This document shows positions 26,165 to 34,849 of a stretch of 34,849 nt of DNA, piece after piece. A program made the position numbers and the translations under genes. Within the stretch, counting starts at the first letter, position 1. Each line of letters opens with the position of its first letter. Source of the stretch: Myxococcota bacterium (lineage in GTDB: Bacteria; Myxococcota; UBA4151); contig JBDQPD010000030.1 of assembly GCA_040260805.1 (NCBI GenBank), forward strand, positions 1-34,849, in the 5' to 3' direction. The notes beneath the pieces were generated by a model, which searched no databases, was not told where the DNA came from, and saw nothing but the letters and a program-made list of their open reading frames with translations.

Positions 26165-27802
26165 TCAGTCGCAGGCGTCCATCGAGTAACCGAATTGATA
26201 GCCCAGTGGATAGGAGGTCGTCTGGCCAGGGACCACCCCCACACGGAGGTAATAAATCGCCGGCTCATCAAAGCTAATGCGGGCGTTTCCGTCTTGATCA
26301 GGGACCTCAACCACAGCCTGTCCTTGGTTATCGACGACGCTCAAAGACAGCGTCTCAGACTCTACGCCTGGCCAGCTAATGCAACCTTGTCCATCACCAA
26401 ACAGAGGGCCAAAAAAGTCCGTGTCTCCTCGGTAATCGAGCGTTCCAGCGAAAGGGCTGTCCCCATCAGCCAGCACCTCCGCCGACGTGTAGCGGTTTCC
26501 AGCGGTGTCGGTCAGCTCAGTTTCCATGATCATCAGGTCGTAATCGTGGACCGCGCCGCTCACCTCAAGGACCACGTCGCCGGATTGACCGTCGTGGCGA
26601 TAATGATCGCCTTGGGCGTGCGACCACACAAACTCTGCGTCATCGACGCGCCGGCCGCGCAAGATGCCTTCACCATTGTATACCACACGATACACGGCGT
26701 TCGATTGCGCTGGAAAGGCGAACCAGTCGGTACCTTCTGCCTCAAGCGAGCCGCTCACGATCTCGCCACGACCAGCGCTGATCGGTGAGGCTTCTTCCGC
26801 TCGATCACCATGATCATCGTCACTCAAGACGCGCAGATAGAGCGCTCCGCTCACCAAACGACCGGAGCGGTGGTCCACGCGAATCGAGTAGGTTCCCGCC
26901 GTCAGCGTGTGGCGTGCGCGGCCATAATAACGTCGATGATCGTTGCCGCCCACGGAGCCAATCCGCAAAGAGATGGCGCTTGGGTCTTCAGCGAGCTCGT
27001 TCAGAGTAACACTCACAAGCAAGGCTCCATCACGCTCGGCCACCAGATTAAAAGTGTCTGTATCTTCTCGGGTCTCAAGCACAAAGGCTTGCTCACCCTC
27101 TTGCGCTACGGTCGCCTGAGCGTCTCCATCGGCGTGATCGTCAGCCGCCGTCAGCGCGGCATCGATCCGATAGCTGACCGAGCGCTCCTCGGCGTCGTCT
27201 ATGCGAGCTAAGACCACGGCGCCTGCGGGGACATCCAAACTCGAGATCCGAACAAACTGACCGTCGTCTTCAACGCCGTCGCGCGGTACAACTCGAGCCG
27301 GGGTTTCCAAGTCAGGCGCAAGGAAGATTTTAATATTGGGCACGATGGGAATGCTCTCACCGTCGTCGCGCACGGCGTCGGGGCCGGAGTCTCCAATCAA
27401 CGTCACCGTCACGCGCTCAACGCCGCCGGTGCTCGGGTCGGACAACACATACCAATCCGTCGTGTCCCCGCCGTTGCGATTCAGCGTCCCCTCGATCGAG
27501 GCGCCGCGCGCCAGCGCGATGGCTCCCCCTGGGCAGTCGCCGTCATCACAAGTATCGGACGGAAGGCAGGTGTCACCAACGGCGGTAGCGCCCTCATCAC
27601 ACGAGCACACCGCTTCGCCCTCAAGCGCTTCACATTGCGTCTTGAGTTGCTCTCGGCAAGGGTTCGGCTCACAGGGGTCACTCGCCACCACGCCGCCGTC
27701 CACGGCAACGACGCCCGCATCGGGCAAAGGCACATGGTCAGGGGTCGCCAAAAGGCTGCAACTTGCGCACCAAAGAAGTACACCGCTAACGTAAAGTCTC
27801 AC
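26165..27802 (-). CDS. Acidic lipoprotein with EGF-like domain and PPC-like repeats
   Basis: Lipobox CASC; DPCEPNPC..C......CSCDEG EGF-like; repeated DDHAD/DDHGD..DWF/DWY/DFF modules; GTG overlaps upstream stop. Confidence 0.75.
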   Translation of the reverse strand: MRLYVSGVLLWCASCSLLATPDHVPLPDAGVVAVDGGVVASDPCEPNPCREQLKTQCEALEGEAVCSCDEGATAVGDTCLPSDTCDDGDCPGGAIALARGASIEGTLNRNGGDTTDWYVLSDPSTGGVERVTVTLIGDSGPDAVRDDGESIPIVPNIKIFLAPDLETPARVVPRDGVEDDGQFVRISSLDVPAGAVVLARIDDAEERSVSYRIDAALTAADDHADGDAQATVAQEGEQAFVLETREDTDTFNLVAERDGALLVSVTLNELAEDPSAISLRIGSVGGNDHRRYYGRARHTLTAGTYSIRVDHRSGRLVSGALYLRVLSDDDHGDRAEEASPISAGRGEIVSGSLEAEGTDWFAFPAQSNAVYRVVYNGEGILRGRRVDDAEFVWSHAQGDHYRHDGQSGDVVLEVSGAVHDYDLMIMETELTDTAGNRYTSAEVLADGDSPFAGTLDYRGDTDFFGPLFGDGQGCISWPGVESETLSLSVVDNQGQAVVEVPDQDGNARISFDEPAIYYLRVGVVPGQTTSYPLGYQFGYSMDACD

Positions 27803-28344
27803 ACATCCCCCAAGGCCATGACCGAAACCAATAAGGCGCCCTTTTCAACATTACTGCCCAGCTCGGCATGAAGCGCCTCAACCTGCCCATCACCCGCTGC
27901 GGCTAACTCGTTTTCCATCTTCATCGCCTCGACCACGACCAAACCTTGACCGGCGACCACCTGGTCACCCGGCTCAACCAAGTAACGAAGTACCTTACCC
28001 GGCATCGGCGCGTGCACAGCGCCCGCTGACGCTTCGTCTTCGCCACCCACAGCATCGCGCATCCGCACGCGACGGTGATCAAGGACATCCAGAGCGTACA
28101 CGCGATCGCTCACCAGCACATTGACCCGGCCATCAAAAGGGTCGGAGTCGTCACCAGCCCACTCAACCACCGCATCGTACGAAGCCTGGCCGTCGACGAG
28201 CATATGCATCATCGCGCCTGGCAAACGCCGCAAGTCCAAACGGTGTTTGACATCACCTTGCGTCAAAATCAGATCATCACCCTGAGCTTCCACGCCCACT
28301 TCGATGGTCTCACCATCGGCTAAACGAACGACATAAGTTTTCAT
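27799..28344 (-). CDS. Biotin carboxyl carrier subunit of acyl-CoA carboxylase
   Basis: APMPGKV..VEAMKMENE biotinyl motif, with an N-terminal BT-like domain. Confidence 0.93.
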   Translation of the reverse strand: MKTYVVRLADGETIEVGVEAQGDDLILTQGDVKHRLDLRRLPGAMMHMLVDGQASYDAVVEWAGDDSDPFDGRVNVLVSDRVYALDVLDHRRVRMRDAVGGEDEASAGAVHAPMPGKVLRYLVEPGDQVVAGQGLVVVEAMKMENELAAAGDGQVEALHAELGSNVEKGALLVSVMALGDV

Positions 28345-29861
28345 GAATGTCCTCCGGATCCAACCAAGGCGTAACGACGCCAGGCGGAAACACCGGCGTC
28401 TCCCGCTTGCCTCTGTGCGCCTTGAGTCTCTAGCTTCTGATCTCGTAAAAAGGCGTCGGCGACGGCAGCCCAGACCGCCAGATGCTCATAGCGATCATCA
28501 ACAGGCGCTGCGCCCTCGATCACATCACCGACAAAGCCCGTGTCAAAGTCACCGCTGCGAAACTCCTCGGTCATCACCGCCCGGCGTAAGAATGAGATGT
28601 TGGTCGTCAATCCCACCACTTTGTATTCGGCTAAAGCGCGATCAAGCCGCGCAATCGCCGTGGCGCGATCACGCCCCCACACCGAAAGCTTCGAGATCAT
28701 GGGGTCGTAAAGAGGGGTCACCTCTGAGCCTGCTGAAACCCCTGAATCATCGCGAACGTAGGGCCCCGAAGGAACATGCAAATGTTCAATCGTTCCAGGC
28801 GCCGGCATAAATCCAGCTGCCGGGTCTTCCGCATAAACACGAGCTTCGACCGAGTGTCCCTCAAAGCTAAGGTCTTCTTGCTTGAATCCAAGCACCTCAC
28901 CCTGAGCGACTCGTATCTGCCACTCGACCAAATCAAGACCGGTGATCCACTCGGTCACCGGATGCTCCACTTGCAGGCGAGTGTTCATCTCAAGGAAGAA
29001 GAAATTACGTTGCGCATCTGCCAGAAACTCGACGGTTCCTGCGCCCACATACCCGACCGCCTTCGCCGCCTGAACAGCGACTGCGCCCATCGCCTTGCGC
29101 ATCGCCTCATCAACAAAAGCGCTCGGCGCTTCTTCGATGATTTTTTGATGCCGGCGTTGAATCGAGCATTCGCGCTCAAACAGATGAACGCAATTGCCAT
29201 GAGTATCGGCGAGGACTTGGACCTCAATGTGCCGGGGGCGGTCTAAAAACCGCTCTAGGTAGACTCGGTCATCGCCAAAGCTGTTTCTCGCCTCGCTCTG
29301 CGCAGCGGCAAAAGCGGCGTGCAATGCGCTCGACTCAGCGACTCGACGCATCCCTTTTCCACCACCGCCTGCGGCCGCTTTGACCATGATCGGAAAGCCG
29401 ATACTTTCAGCTTCGATGACGGCTTCATCGGGTCCCTCGACCGGGCCTTCGCTTCCGGGTACGACAGGAACACCCGCTGCGATCATGACCGCCCGCGCCT
29501 TGGTCTTGTGCCCCATCGCCTCCATCGCTTCGGGGCGAGGGCCGATCAGTATAATTCCATGAGTTTCAAGCTGCCGGGCAAAGTCAGGGTTCTCGGACAA
29601 GAATCCATAGCCAGGGTGGATGGCGTCGGCGCCCGTCTTTTGAGCCGCAGCGATGATCTTGTCGATCACCAGATAGCTTTCGGCTGAGGTCTCACCGCCC
29701 AAGGCGATCGCCTCATCGGCGTACCGAACATGTAGAGCGGTTCGGTCAGGCTCGGAAAAAACCGCAACCGTACCCAGACCCATCTCCCGACAGGTGCGCA
29801 TGACCCGCAGCGCGATCTCGCCCCGGTTGGCGACTAAGACTTTTTGAATCGGGCCACTCAT
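28341..29861 (-). CDS. accC: Acetyl/propionyl-CoA carboxylase biotin carboxylase subunit
   Basis: [59 protein letters not shown]. Confidence 0.95.
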   Translation of the reverse strand: MSGPIQKVLVANRGEIALRVMRTCREMGLGTVAVFSEPDRTALHVRYADEAIALGGETSAESYLVIDKIIAAAQKTGADAIHPGYGFLSENPDFARQLETHGIILIGPRPEAMEAMGHKTKARAVMIAAGVPVVPGSEGPVEGPDEAVIEAESIGFPIMVKAAAGGGGKGMRRVAESSALHAAFAAAQSEARNSFGDDRVYLERFLDRPRHIEVQVLADTHGNCVHLFERECSIQRRHQKIIEEAPSAFVDEAMRKAMGAVAVQAAKAVGYVGAGTVEFLADAQRNFFFLEMNTRLQVEHPVTEWITGLDLVEWQIRVAQGEVLGFKQEDLSFEGHSVEARVYAEDPAAGFMPAPGTIEHLHVPSGPYVRDDSGVSAGSEVTPLYDPMISKLSVWGRDRATAIARLDRALAEYKVVGLTTNISFLRRAVMTEEFRSGDFDTGFVGDVIEGAAPVDDRYEHLAVWAAVADAFLRDQKLETQGAQRQAGDAGVSAWRRYALVGSGGHS

Positions 29862-31417
29862 AGCGGCATGTTCCCATGTTTTTTAGGCGGTAAGCTCTGA
29901 CGCTTGTTGCCAAGCACCGTAAAGGTATCGATCAATCGCTTGCGCAGGTCTTCGGGCCTTATCACAGCGTCGATATAGCCTAGTTCTGCTGCTTTGTACG
30001 GGTTGGCAAAGCGCTCTCGGTAATCCGCGACCAGCTCCTCTTTGCGTTCGACCGGGTTCTCAGCAGCCGCCAGCTCACGCCGGAAAATAATATTCACCGC
30101 GCCATCGGGTCCCATCACGGCGATCTCAGCGCTCGGAAAAGCAAAATTGAAATCGGCGCGCAGGTGCTTTGAAGCCATCACATCGTAGGCGCCACCATAA
30201 GCCTTGCGCGTAATCACCGTCACCTTCGGTACGGTCGCTTCAGCGTATGCATAGAGCAGCTTCGCCCCGTGACGAATGATCCCTCCATGCTCTTGATCTT
30301 TTCCAGGCAAGAACCCGGGAACATCGACGAGCGTGAGCAAGGGGATATTAAACGCATCGCAAAATCGAACAAAGCGAGCCGCTTTGATCGACGCATCGAT
30401 ATCGAGACATCCCGCTAAGACCGCGGGTTGATTCGCCACGACCCCAACGCTCTTTCCGTTGAGGCGAATGAAACCCACCACAATATTACCGGCGTAACGC
30501 TCTGCGACCTCAAAGAAGAAGCGATCGTCAGCGGCAGCCTTGATAATCTCTCGGATATCGTAGGGCATATTGGCGTTGGTTGGGATCAATTCACGCAGCT
30601 CATCACAGGAGCGATCAGCAGGGTCGGAGCTGGCAACAACCGGGGCGTCTTCAGCGTTGTTGCTTGGAAGATAGGCGGTGAGCTCGCGCACCATGCGCAG
30701 CGCGTGGGCTTCATCAGCGGCAGCAAAATGGGCAACGCCTGAGGTCCCAGCGTGAGCCTCGGCACCGCCGAGCTCCTCTTTGCTCACCTCCTCATGAAGG
30801 ACGGTCTTGATCACGTCAGGACCTGTAATGAACATATGACCCGTGTTCTTTACCATGACGATGAAGTCGGTGATCGCCGGGCTGTAGACTGCGCCGCCAG
30901 CACAAGGACCAAGGACCACCGTGATTTGTGGGACGACGCCAGAGGCTAAGGTGTTGCGTAAGAAGATGTCGGCATAACCAGCTAGCGAATCCACACCCTC
31001 TTGGATGCGAGCGCCTCCCGAGTCCGCCAGCCCAATCACGGGGGCGCCGACCTCCATGGCTCGATCCATCACCTTACAAATCTTTTGCGCGTGAGCGCCC
31101 GACAATGAGCCACCGAACACAGTAAAGTCCTGAGCGTACGCAAAGACCACGCGGCCATCGATGCGACCATAACCCGTCACCACGCCGTCGCCGAGCGGCT
31201 TGTTCTCCTCCAACCCAAAGTCGGTACAGCGGTGGGTAACGAAGGCGTCCATCTCGCAAAAGCTGCCCGGATCGAACAAAAGATCTAATCGCTCTCGTGC
31301 GGTTAACTTTCCCGATGCATGCTGACGATCGATGCGTGCAGCACCCCCGCCCGCTTCAGCGACTTTTTCTCGCCGTTCGAGCTCTTGACGAAGCGCTTCG
31401 TGGCTGATCTCGGTCAT
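29858..31417 (-). CDS. pccB: Propionyl-CoA carboxylase / acyl-CoA carboxylase beta (carboxyltransferase) subunit
   Basis: [62 protein letters not shown]. Confidence 0.95.
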   Translation of the reverse strand: MTEISHEALRQELERREKVAEAGGGAARIDRQHASGKLTARERLDLLFDPGSFCEMDAFVTHRCTDFGLEENKPLGDGVVTGYGRIDGRVVFAYAQDFTVFGGSLSGAHAQKICKVMDRAMEVGAPVIGLADSGGARIQEGVDSLAGYADIFLRNTLASGVVPQITVVLGPCAGGAVYSPAITDFIVMVKNTGHMFITGPDVIKTVLHEEVSKEELGGAEAHAGTSGVAHFAAADEAHALRMVRELTAYLPSNNAEDAPVVASSDPADRSCDELRELIPTNANMPYDIREIIKAAADDRFFFEVAERYAGNIVVGFIRLNGKSVGVVANQPAVLAGCLDIDASIKAARFVRFCDAFNIPLLTLVDVPGFLPGKDQEHGGIIRHGAKLLYAYAEATVPKVTVITRKAYGGAYDVMASKHLRADFNFAFPSAEIAVMGPDGAVNIIFRRELAAAENPVERKEELVADYRERFANPYKAAELGYIDAVIRPEDLRKRLIDTFTVLGNKRQSLPPKKHGNMPL

Positions 31418-31492
31418 GCTCAGCTCCCTTTGTTTTTCCGCCTGTGGTCTATGTCAGTATATTAGGGCAGGAAAAGCCTGTTCAGTGGATGA

Positions 31493-32467
31493 ATGATGAC
31501 GAACTATTTAAGCACAGCGCGCCAAGTTTTACGCCTTGAAGGCCAAGCACTTCTTCGTCTTGAGGCAAATCTTGGTCAAGAGATCAATGACGCCGTCGAT
31601 TCGATTGTTTCGTGTCCGGGGCGAGTCGTCGTCACCGGGATGGGTAAAGCTGGCCTCGTTGGACGGAAAATAGCAGCGACGATGGCGTCGACCGGGGTGC
31701 CGAGCTTCTTTCTTCATCCCGGTGAGGCTGCTCACGGTGATCTTGGACAGGTGGTCGCTGGCGATCTGGTGCTGGCCTTATCCAACTCAGGGACAACCGC
31801 AGAGGTCGTTCGGTTGCTTCCAGCGTTCAAAGGCTTAGCCATTCCGATCATAGCGATCACCGCAAAAATCGACTCTCCACTGGGTCAGATGGCTGACGTC
31901 TGTTTAGCTCTTGGCGACCACGATGAAGCCTGCCCGATCGGCTTAGCGCCAACCACCTCAAGCACCGTGATGCTCGGATTAGGTGACGCCTTAGCGATGG
32001 CTGCTGCCGAAGCGAAGGGGACCAGCAAGGAAGACTTTGCGCGTGTCCACCCGGGCGGCAACTTAGGACGCAGCTTGACCCCAATCGCAGAGCTGATGCG
32101 GACTGACGATCGGCTACCCACGCTTCGACTGCCAGCGACGCTGCGCGATGCAGTGTCGGTGATGGGGGCGACACCCGGTCGACCAGGCTGCGCTTTGATG
32201 ATCGACGACAAGACCACTCTTTTAGGGGTGTTTACTGATGGGGACTTGCGCCGACTAGTCGCTGAAGAGCGAGCGCAACTTGATCAAGACATCAGCCTAA
32301 TCATGACCCGTAAGCCACTGCACCTAAGCCCAAAAGACCGCGCGCTAGACGCCGAAGCGGTGCTGAGCTTGCGCGCTATTGATCAAGCCCCAGTGATCGA
32401 TCCTGATGGGCGCTTAGTCGGCTTGATCGATATCCAAGATCTAGCCGGCGGTGGCCAAACGGGTTGA
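31493..32467 (+). CDS. kdsD: KpsF/GutQ family arabinose-5-phosphate isomerase (SIS plus CBS pair)
   Basis: TGMGKAG, LHPGEAAHGDLG, SNSG, LAPTTS, HPGGNLG, FTDGDLRR. Confidence 0.93.
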   Translation: MMTNYLSTARQVLRLEGQALLRLEANLGQEINDAVDSIVSCPGRVVVTGMGKAGLVGRKIAATMASTGVPSFFLHPGEAAHGDLGQVVAGDLVLALSNSGTTAEVVRLLPAFKGLAIPIIAITAKIDSPLGQMADVCLALGDHDEACPIGLAPTTSSTVMLGLGDALAMAAAEAKGTSKEDFARVHPGGNLGRSLTPIAELMRTDDRLPTLRLPATLRDAVSVMGATPGRPGCALMIDDKTTLLGVFTDGDLRRLVAEERAQLDQDISLIMTRKPLHLSPKDRALDAEAVLSLRAIDQAPVIDPDGRLVGLIDIQDLAGGGQTG

Positions 32468-34426
32468 TCAGCGGCGCACCGCCCTTAAAATCAGATCACC
32501 CTGCCACTGGTCACCAGAGCTTAATTGCATGGGGATGAGCGCCATAATCTCAATACCCTGAAGACTGGTTCGGACCGCCCCACGATCTCGATGCTCCGTG
32601 TAGATGGGCTGAGTGATCACCTCAACGACTTGCGGAAAGATCATCGAGAACTGCACGCGCGCTGCGGGTGATGCAAACTGAATACTCGCCGACTCACCAC
32701 GAATGGGCTCGTCCCAGCTCCCCGTTTGATCCGCCAGGCGGACTTTATTGCCCTCGCCCGGCGGTAAGCTCAGGTAGAGTGTCTCGACGAGATAGCCGCG
32801 CAGCGCGTGGTGTCTAGGCGCTGCCAACATCAACTTGACCTGCATCTCAGAGCCCGAGTGGCTTAAGCTAAAATGCTTGGTGACTGAAACGCCAGCGGTC
32901 TCTGCTACCGGTCCTTGCGTATGAAGAGACAGATCAAATTCAGATGGTTTTTGTTCGTAATGAAGCGACGAAAAATCACCTGAAAAATTGGCTGCTAAGG
33001 CGTCGGCGGCTTGGGCTACAAAGCGTTCTGATAACGACCATTTAGGCCCCTGGTTTTTACCGTGATCATCGTAAAACTCGGGGTAGCGACCCATCGTATG
33101 GACTAAATCCCATGGGGTTCCAGGCAGTTCTAAAGCGACCAGTGTACCACCAAGTTCCGGGCACACTGTCCAGTGCCCGCGCGTGCCGCTAAGCACCACA
33201 GACTGCGTTCCGTCAGGAAGCAGTTCTTGTTCCCGTCGGCGGATTGAATTGAGTTTTTTCGGGTCGCCATCCGCCGCGGCTTCAAGATGGTCTAAATAAT
33301 CTTCGAGGTCCCGCAATCGGCCGTGAACGGCTTGGCGTAAAACCGGATTATAAATTCCACTGCGGTCACCGTGCTGAAAGGCTTCATGACCTTGAGCCTG
33401 CAGCAAGCTCGTCCACATGCGCTCTCGCCAATAAGAAGGCAACTCTGCCTCATCGATCCGGCTGACTAATCGCAAGGCGCGTGTATGCATCTGACCGGCC
33501 TCTGGGTAACGCGCTAAAAAGGCGCTCCAGCGACCACCGGCGAGCAAGGGCAACCCCTCTCGTCCGCCCTTCTTTGCGGCGCTCTCCAAGATGCGCGCTC
33601 GGCGACGACCTGCGTTGACCGGTAAAGACCAAGTACCCATCGCTCGGTGGCTACCCAGGCCCGGGTAAACTAGAGCCTCAGGCTTACTCTGGGACGCCGT
33701 CAAAGGGGTCACGAACTCAAAGGCTGCTACGCCGTCAAGATCGGCTAGAAAGCGCTCGATCTGAGCTCGTTTGGGGATCGACTGAGGATCCGGTGACAAG
33801 GCGAGCAAATCGCCGGTCCACGTCAATAAATTACATCCGGAATCTGCCTTTTGTACCCAAGCATCGAGCCGGCGGACCAGCTCTTGCTCTTCACCGCGCG
33901 CAGCGGCTAAGGCCAACAGCTTGGATCCGCCTTGCTCTAATCGTAGCGGCCCACTCAGGCGCTCCGTGTCCAGACCAGCTGCGTCGATGGGGTCGCAAGG
34001 CAGGAGACAATAACGATAACCTGCAGATGCCAAAAGGGGCACCATAGAAGGCTCAAAGACCTGCTCTGGCAACCAGGCGCCATGAACCGCAACCCTGAGC
34101 TGCTCATCGAAGAACTGGTGTGTACGCTGCAGCTGAGCCTGCGCCGAGCGCTGATTGAGCGAGCAAAGCACCGGGTCATAGTATCCGCCACCAACCAGTT
34201 CGACCTGACCGTTTTGCGTCAGCCCGACCAGTTGAACCAAGCGCTCGCTGCGCTGCCGCAACAAAAAGTCGAGCACGTGCCCGCCTAAATGAAGACCAAA
34301 ACGCAATCGAGGTCGCGTTTGCAGCGCATCTAAAAATGCGCTGAGAGGACCGTCAACGGCTTGCGCCAGGCGCAGTTGCGGCGTCCCAAGCGGTAAACCA
34401 CAGTGAAGCACCAAAGCGCATCGCAT
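32468..34426 (-). CDS. Divergent GH57 protein (4-alpha-glucanotransferase/alpha-amylase-like)
   Basis: GQVELVGGGYYDPVL, GAWLPEQVFEP, FLARYPEAGQMH, GIYNPVLR and a beta-rich C-terminal domain; several conserved regions eroded. Confidence 0.8.
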   Translation of the reverse strand: MRCALVLHCGLPLGTPQLRLAQAVDGPLSAFLDALQTRPRLRFGLHLGGHVLDFLLRQRSERLVQLVGLTQNGQVELVGGGYYDPVLCSLNQRSAQAQLQRTHQFFDEQLRVAVHGAWLPEQVFEPSMVPLLASAGYRYCLLPCDPIDAAGLDTERLSGPLRLEQGGSKLLALAAARGEEQELVRRLDAWVQKADSGCNLLTWTGDLLALSPDPQSIPKRAQIERFLADLDGVAAFEFVTPLTASQSKPEALVYPGLGSHRAMGTWSLPVNAGRRRARILESAAKKGGREGLPLLAGGRWSAFLARYPEAGQMHTRALRLVSRIDEAELPSYWRERMWTSLLQAQGHEAFQHGDRSGIYNPVLRQAVHGRLRDLEDYLDHLEAAADGDPKKLNSIRRREQELLPDGTQSVVLSGTRGHWTVCPELGGTLVALELPGTPWDLVHTMGRYPEFYDDHGKNQGPKWSLSERFVAQAADALAANFSGDFSSLHYEQKPSEFDLSLHTQGPVAETAGVSVTKHFSLSHSGSEMQVKLMLAAPRHHALRGYLVETLYLSLPPGEGNKVRLADQTGSWDEPIRGESASIQFASPAARVQFSMIFPQVVEVITQPIYTEHRDRGAVRTSLQGIEIMALIPMQLSSGDQWQGDLILRAVRR

Positions 34427-34848
34427 TAACGAAGCCCCAACTGGCTCTTTGCGATCACTTTTCCTGCCTCAACACCCGGCTGATCAAAGGGATCAACATC
34501 ACAATAAGCACCCAGCAAAGCCGTCGCCCGCATCCAGTTTTGCATCCAGGCTGCCAAGCCTTGCGCGGTCGGCTCAATTCGAACCCTCACCACAGGGCGC
34601 CCCCTGTCGCTCAAGGCTTGGCTGTTGGCGTCAAAAAGAACCGCTTCGATCTCATTGAGCCCCGCACTGTTTAGACCCAATAGATCAGGGCCGTTGCCTG
34701 GTGGGCCCCATGCGGCTGACCAATGGTTAAACATCAAAGCCTGCCGATCGGCGCCCTCCATCAGCAACTGTAGGATCGAATGCTGGTCACGAGGGCCTTC
34801 AGCTGCCGCGACAAACAAAGGTAGCCCCGCTTTGCCTAAGCTCTCACT
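34426..34848 (-). CDS. pgi: Glucose-6-phosphate isomerase, C-terminal part (5' truncated by window)
   Basis: Frame extends to the window end giving SESLGK; also GPRDQHSILQLLMEG and DPFDQPGVEAGK; TAATG overlap with GH57 start. Confidence 0.88.
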   Translation of the reverse strand, partial: SESLGKAGLPLFVAAAEGPRDQHSILQLLMEGADRQALMFNHWSAAWGPPGNGPDLLGLNSAGLNEIEAVLFDANSQALSDRGRPVVRVRIEPTAQGLAAWMQNWMRATALLGAYCDVDPFDQPGVEAGKVIAKSQLGLR

Positions 34849-34849
34849 G

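Overview
Densely packed chromosomal core region of a moderately GC-rich bacterium, very probably Myxococcota (MYXO-CTERM protein, PEGA-domain Ser/Thr kinase, DUF6178-like protein, Cys-rich lipoproteins). About 29 CDSs: 3' end of cysS, hflX, an agmatinase, rpsU, radA, an LD-carboxypeptidase plus serine hydrolase pair, gpsA, a radical SAM gene coupled to dnaX, tadA, a three-gene acyl-CoA carboxylase, a KpsF/GutQ isomerase, a divergent GH57, the 3' end of pgi, and several unknown exported proteins. An RNA cluster at 25.0-26.1 kb holds tRNA-Ser(CGA), tRNA-Ser(GGA), SRP RNA, tRNA-Arg(ACG) and tRNA-Ser(GCT). I see no mobile element, CRISPR array or defence system, and no clearly novel multi-gene system. 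The most unusual signals are in the RNA cluster: the Ser-Ser-ffs block faces against its neighbours; the SRP RNA starts 1 nt after a tRNA CCA and overlaps the tadA 3' end antisense; a perfect 14-bp inverted repeat brackets an A73 tRNA-Ser; and three candidate promoters lack the -7 T. Also notable are two enzymes with eroded active-site motifs and a C8 run in dnaX. All calls are by eye from motifs; no searches were run.
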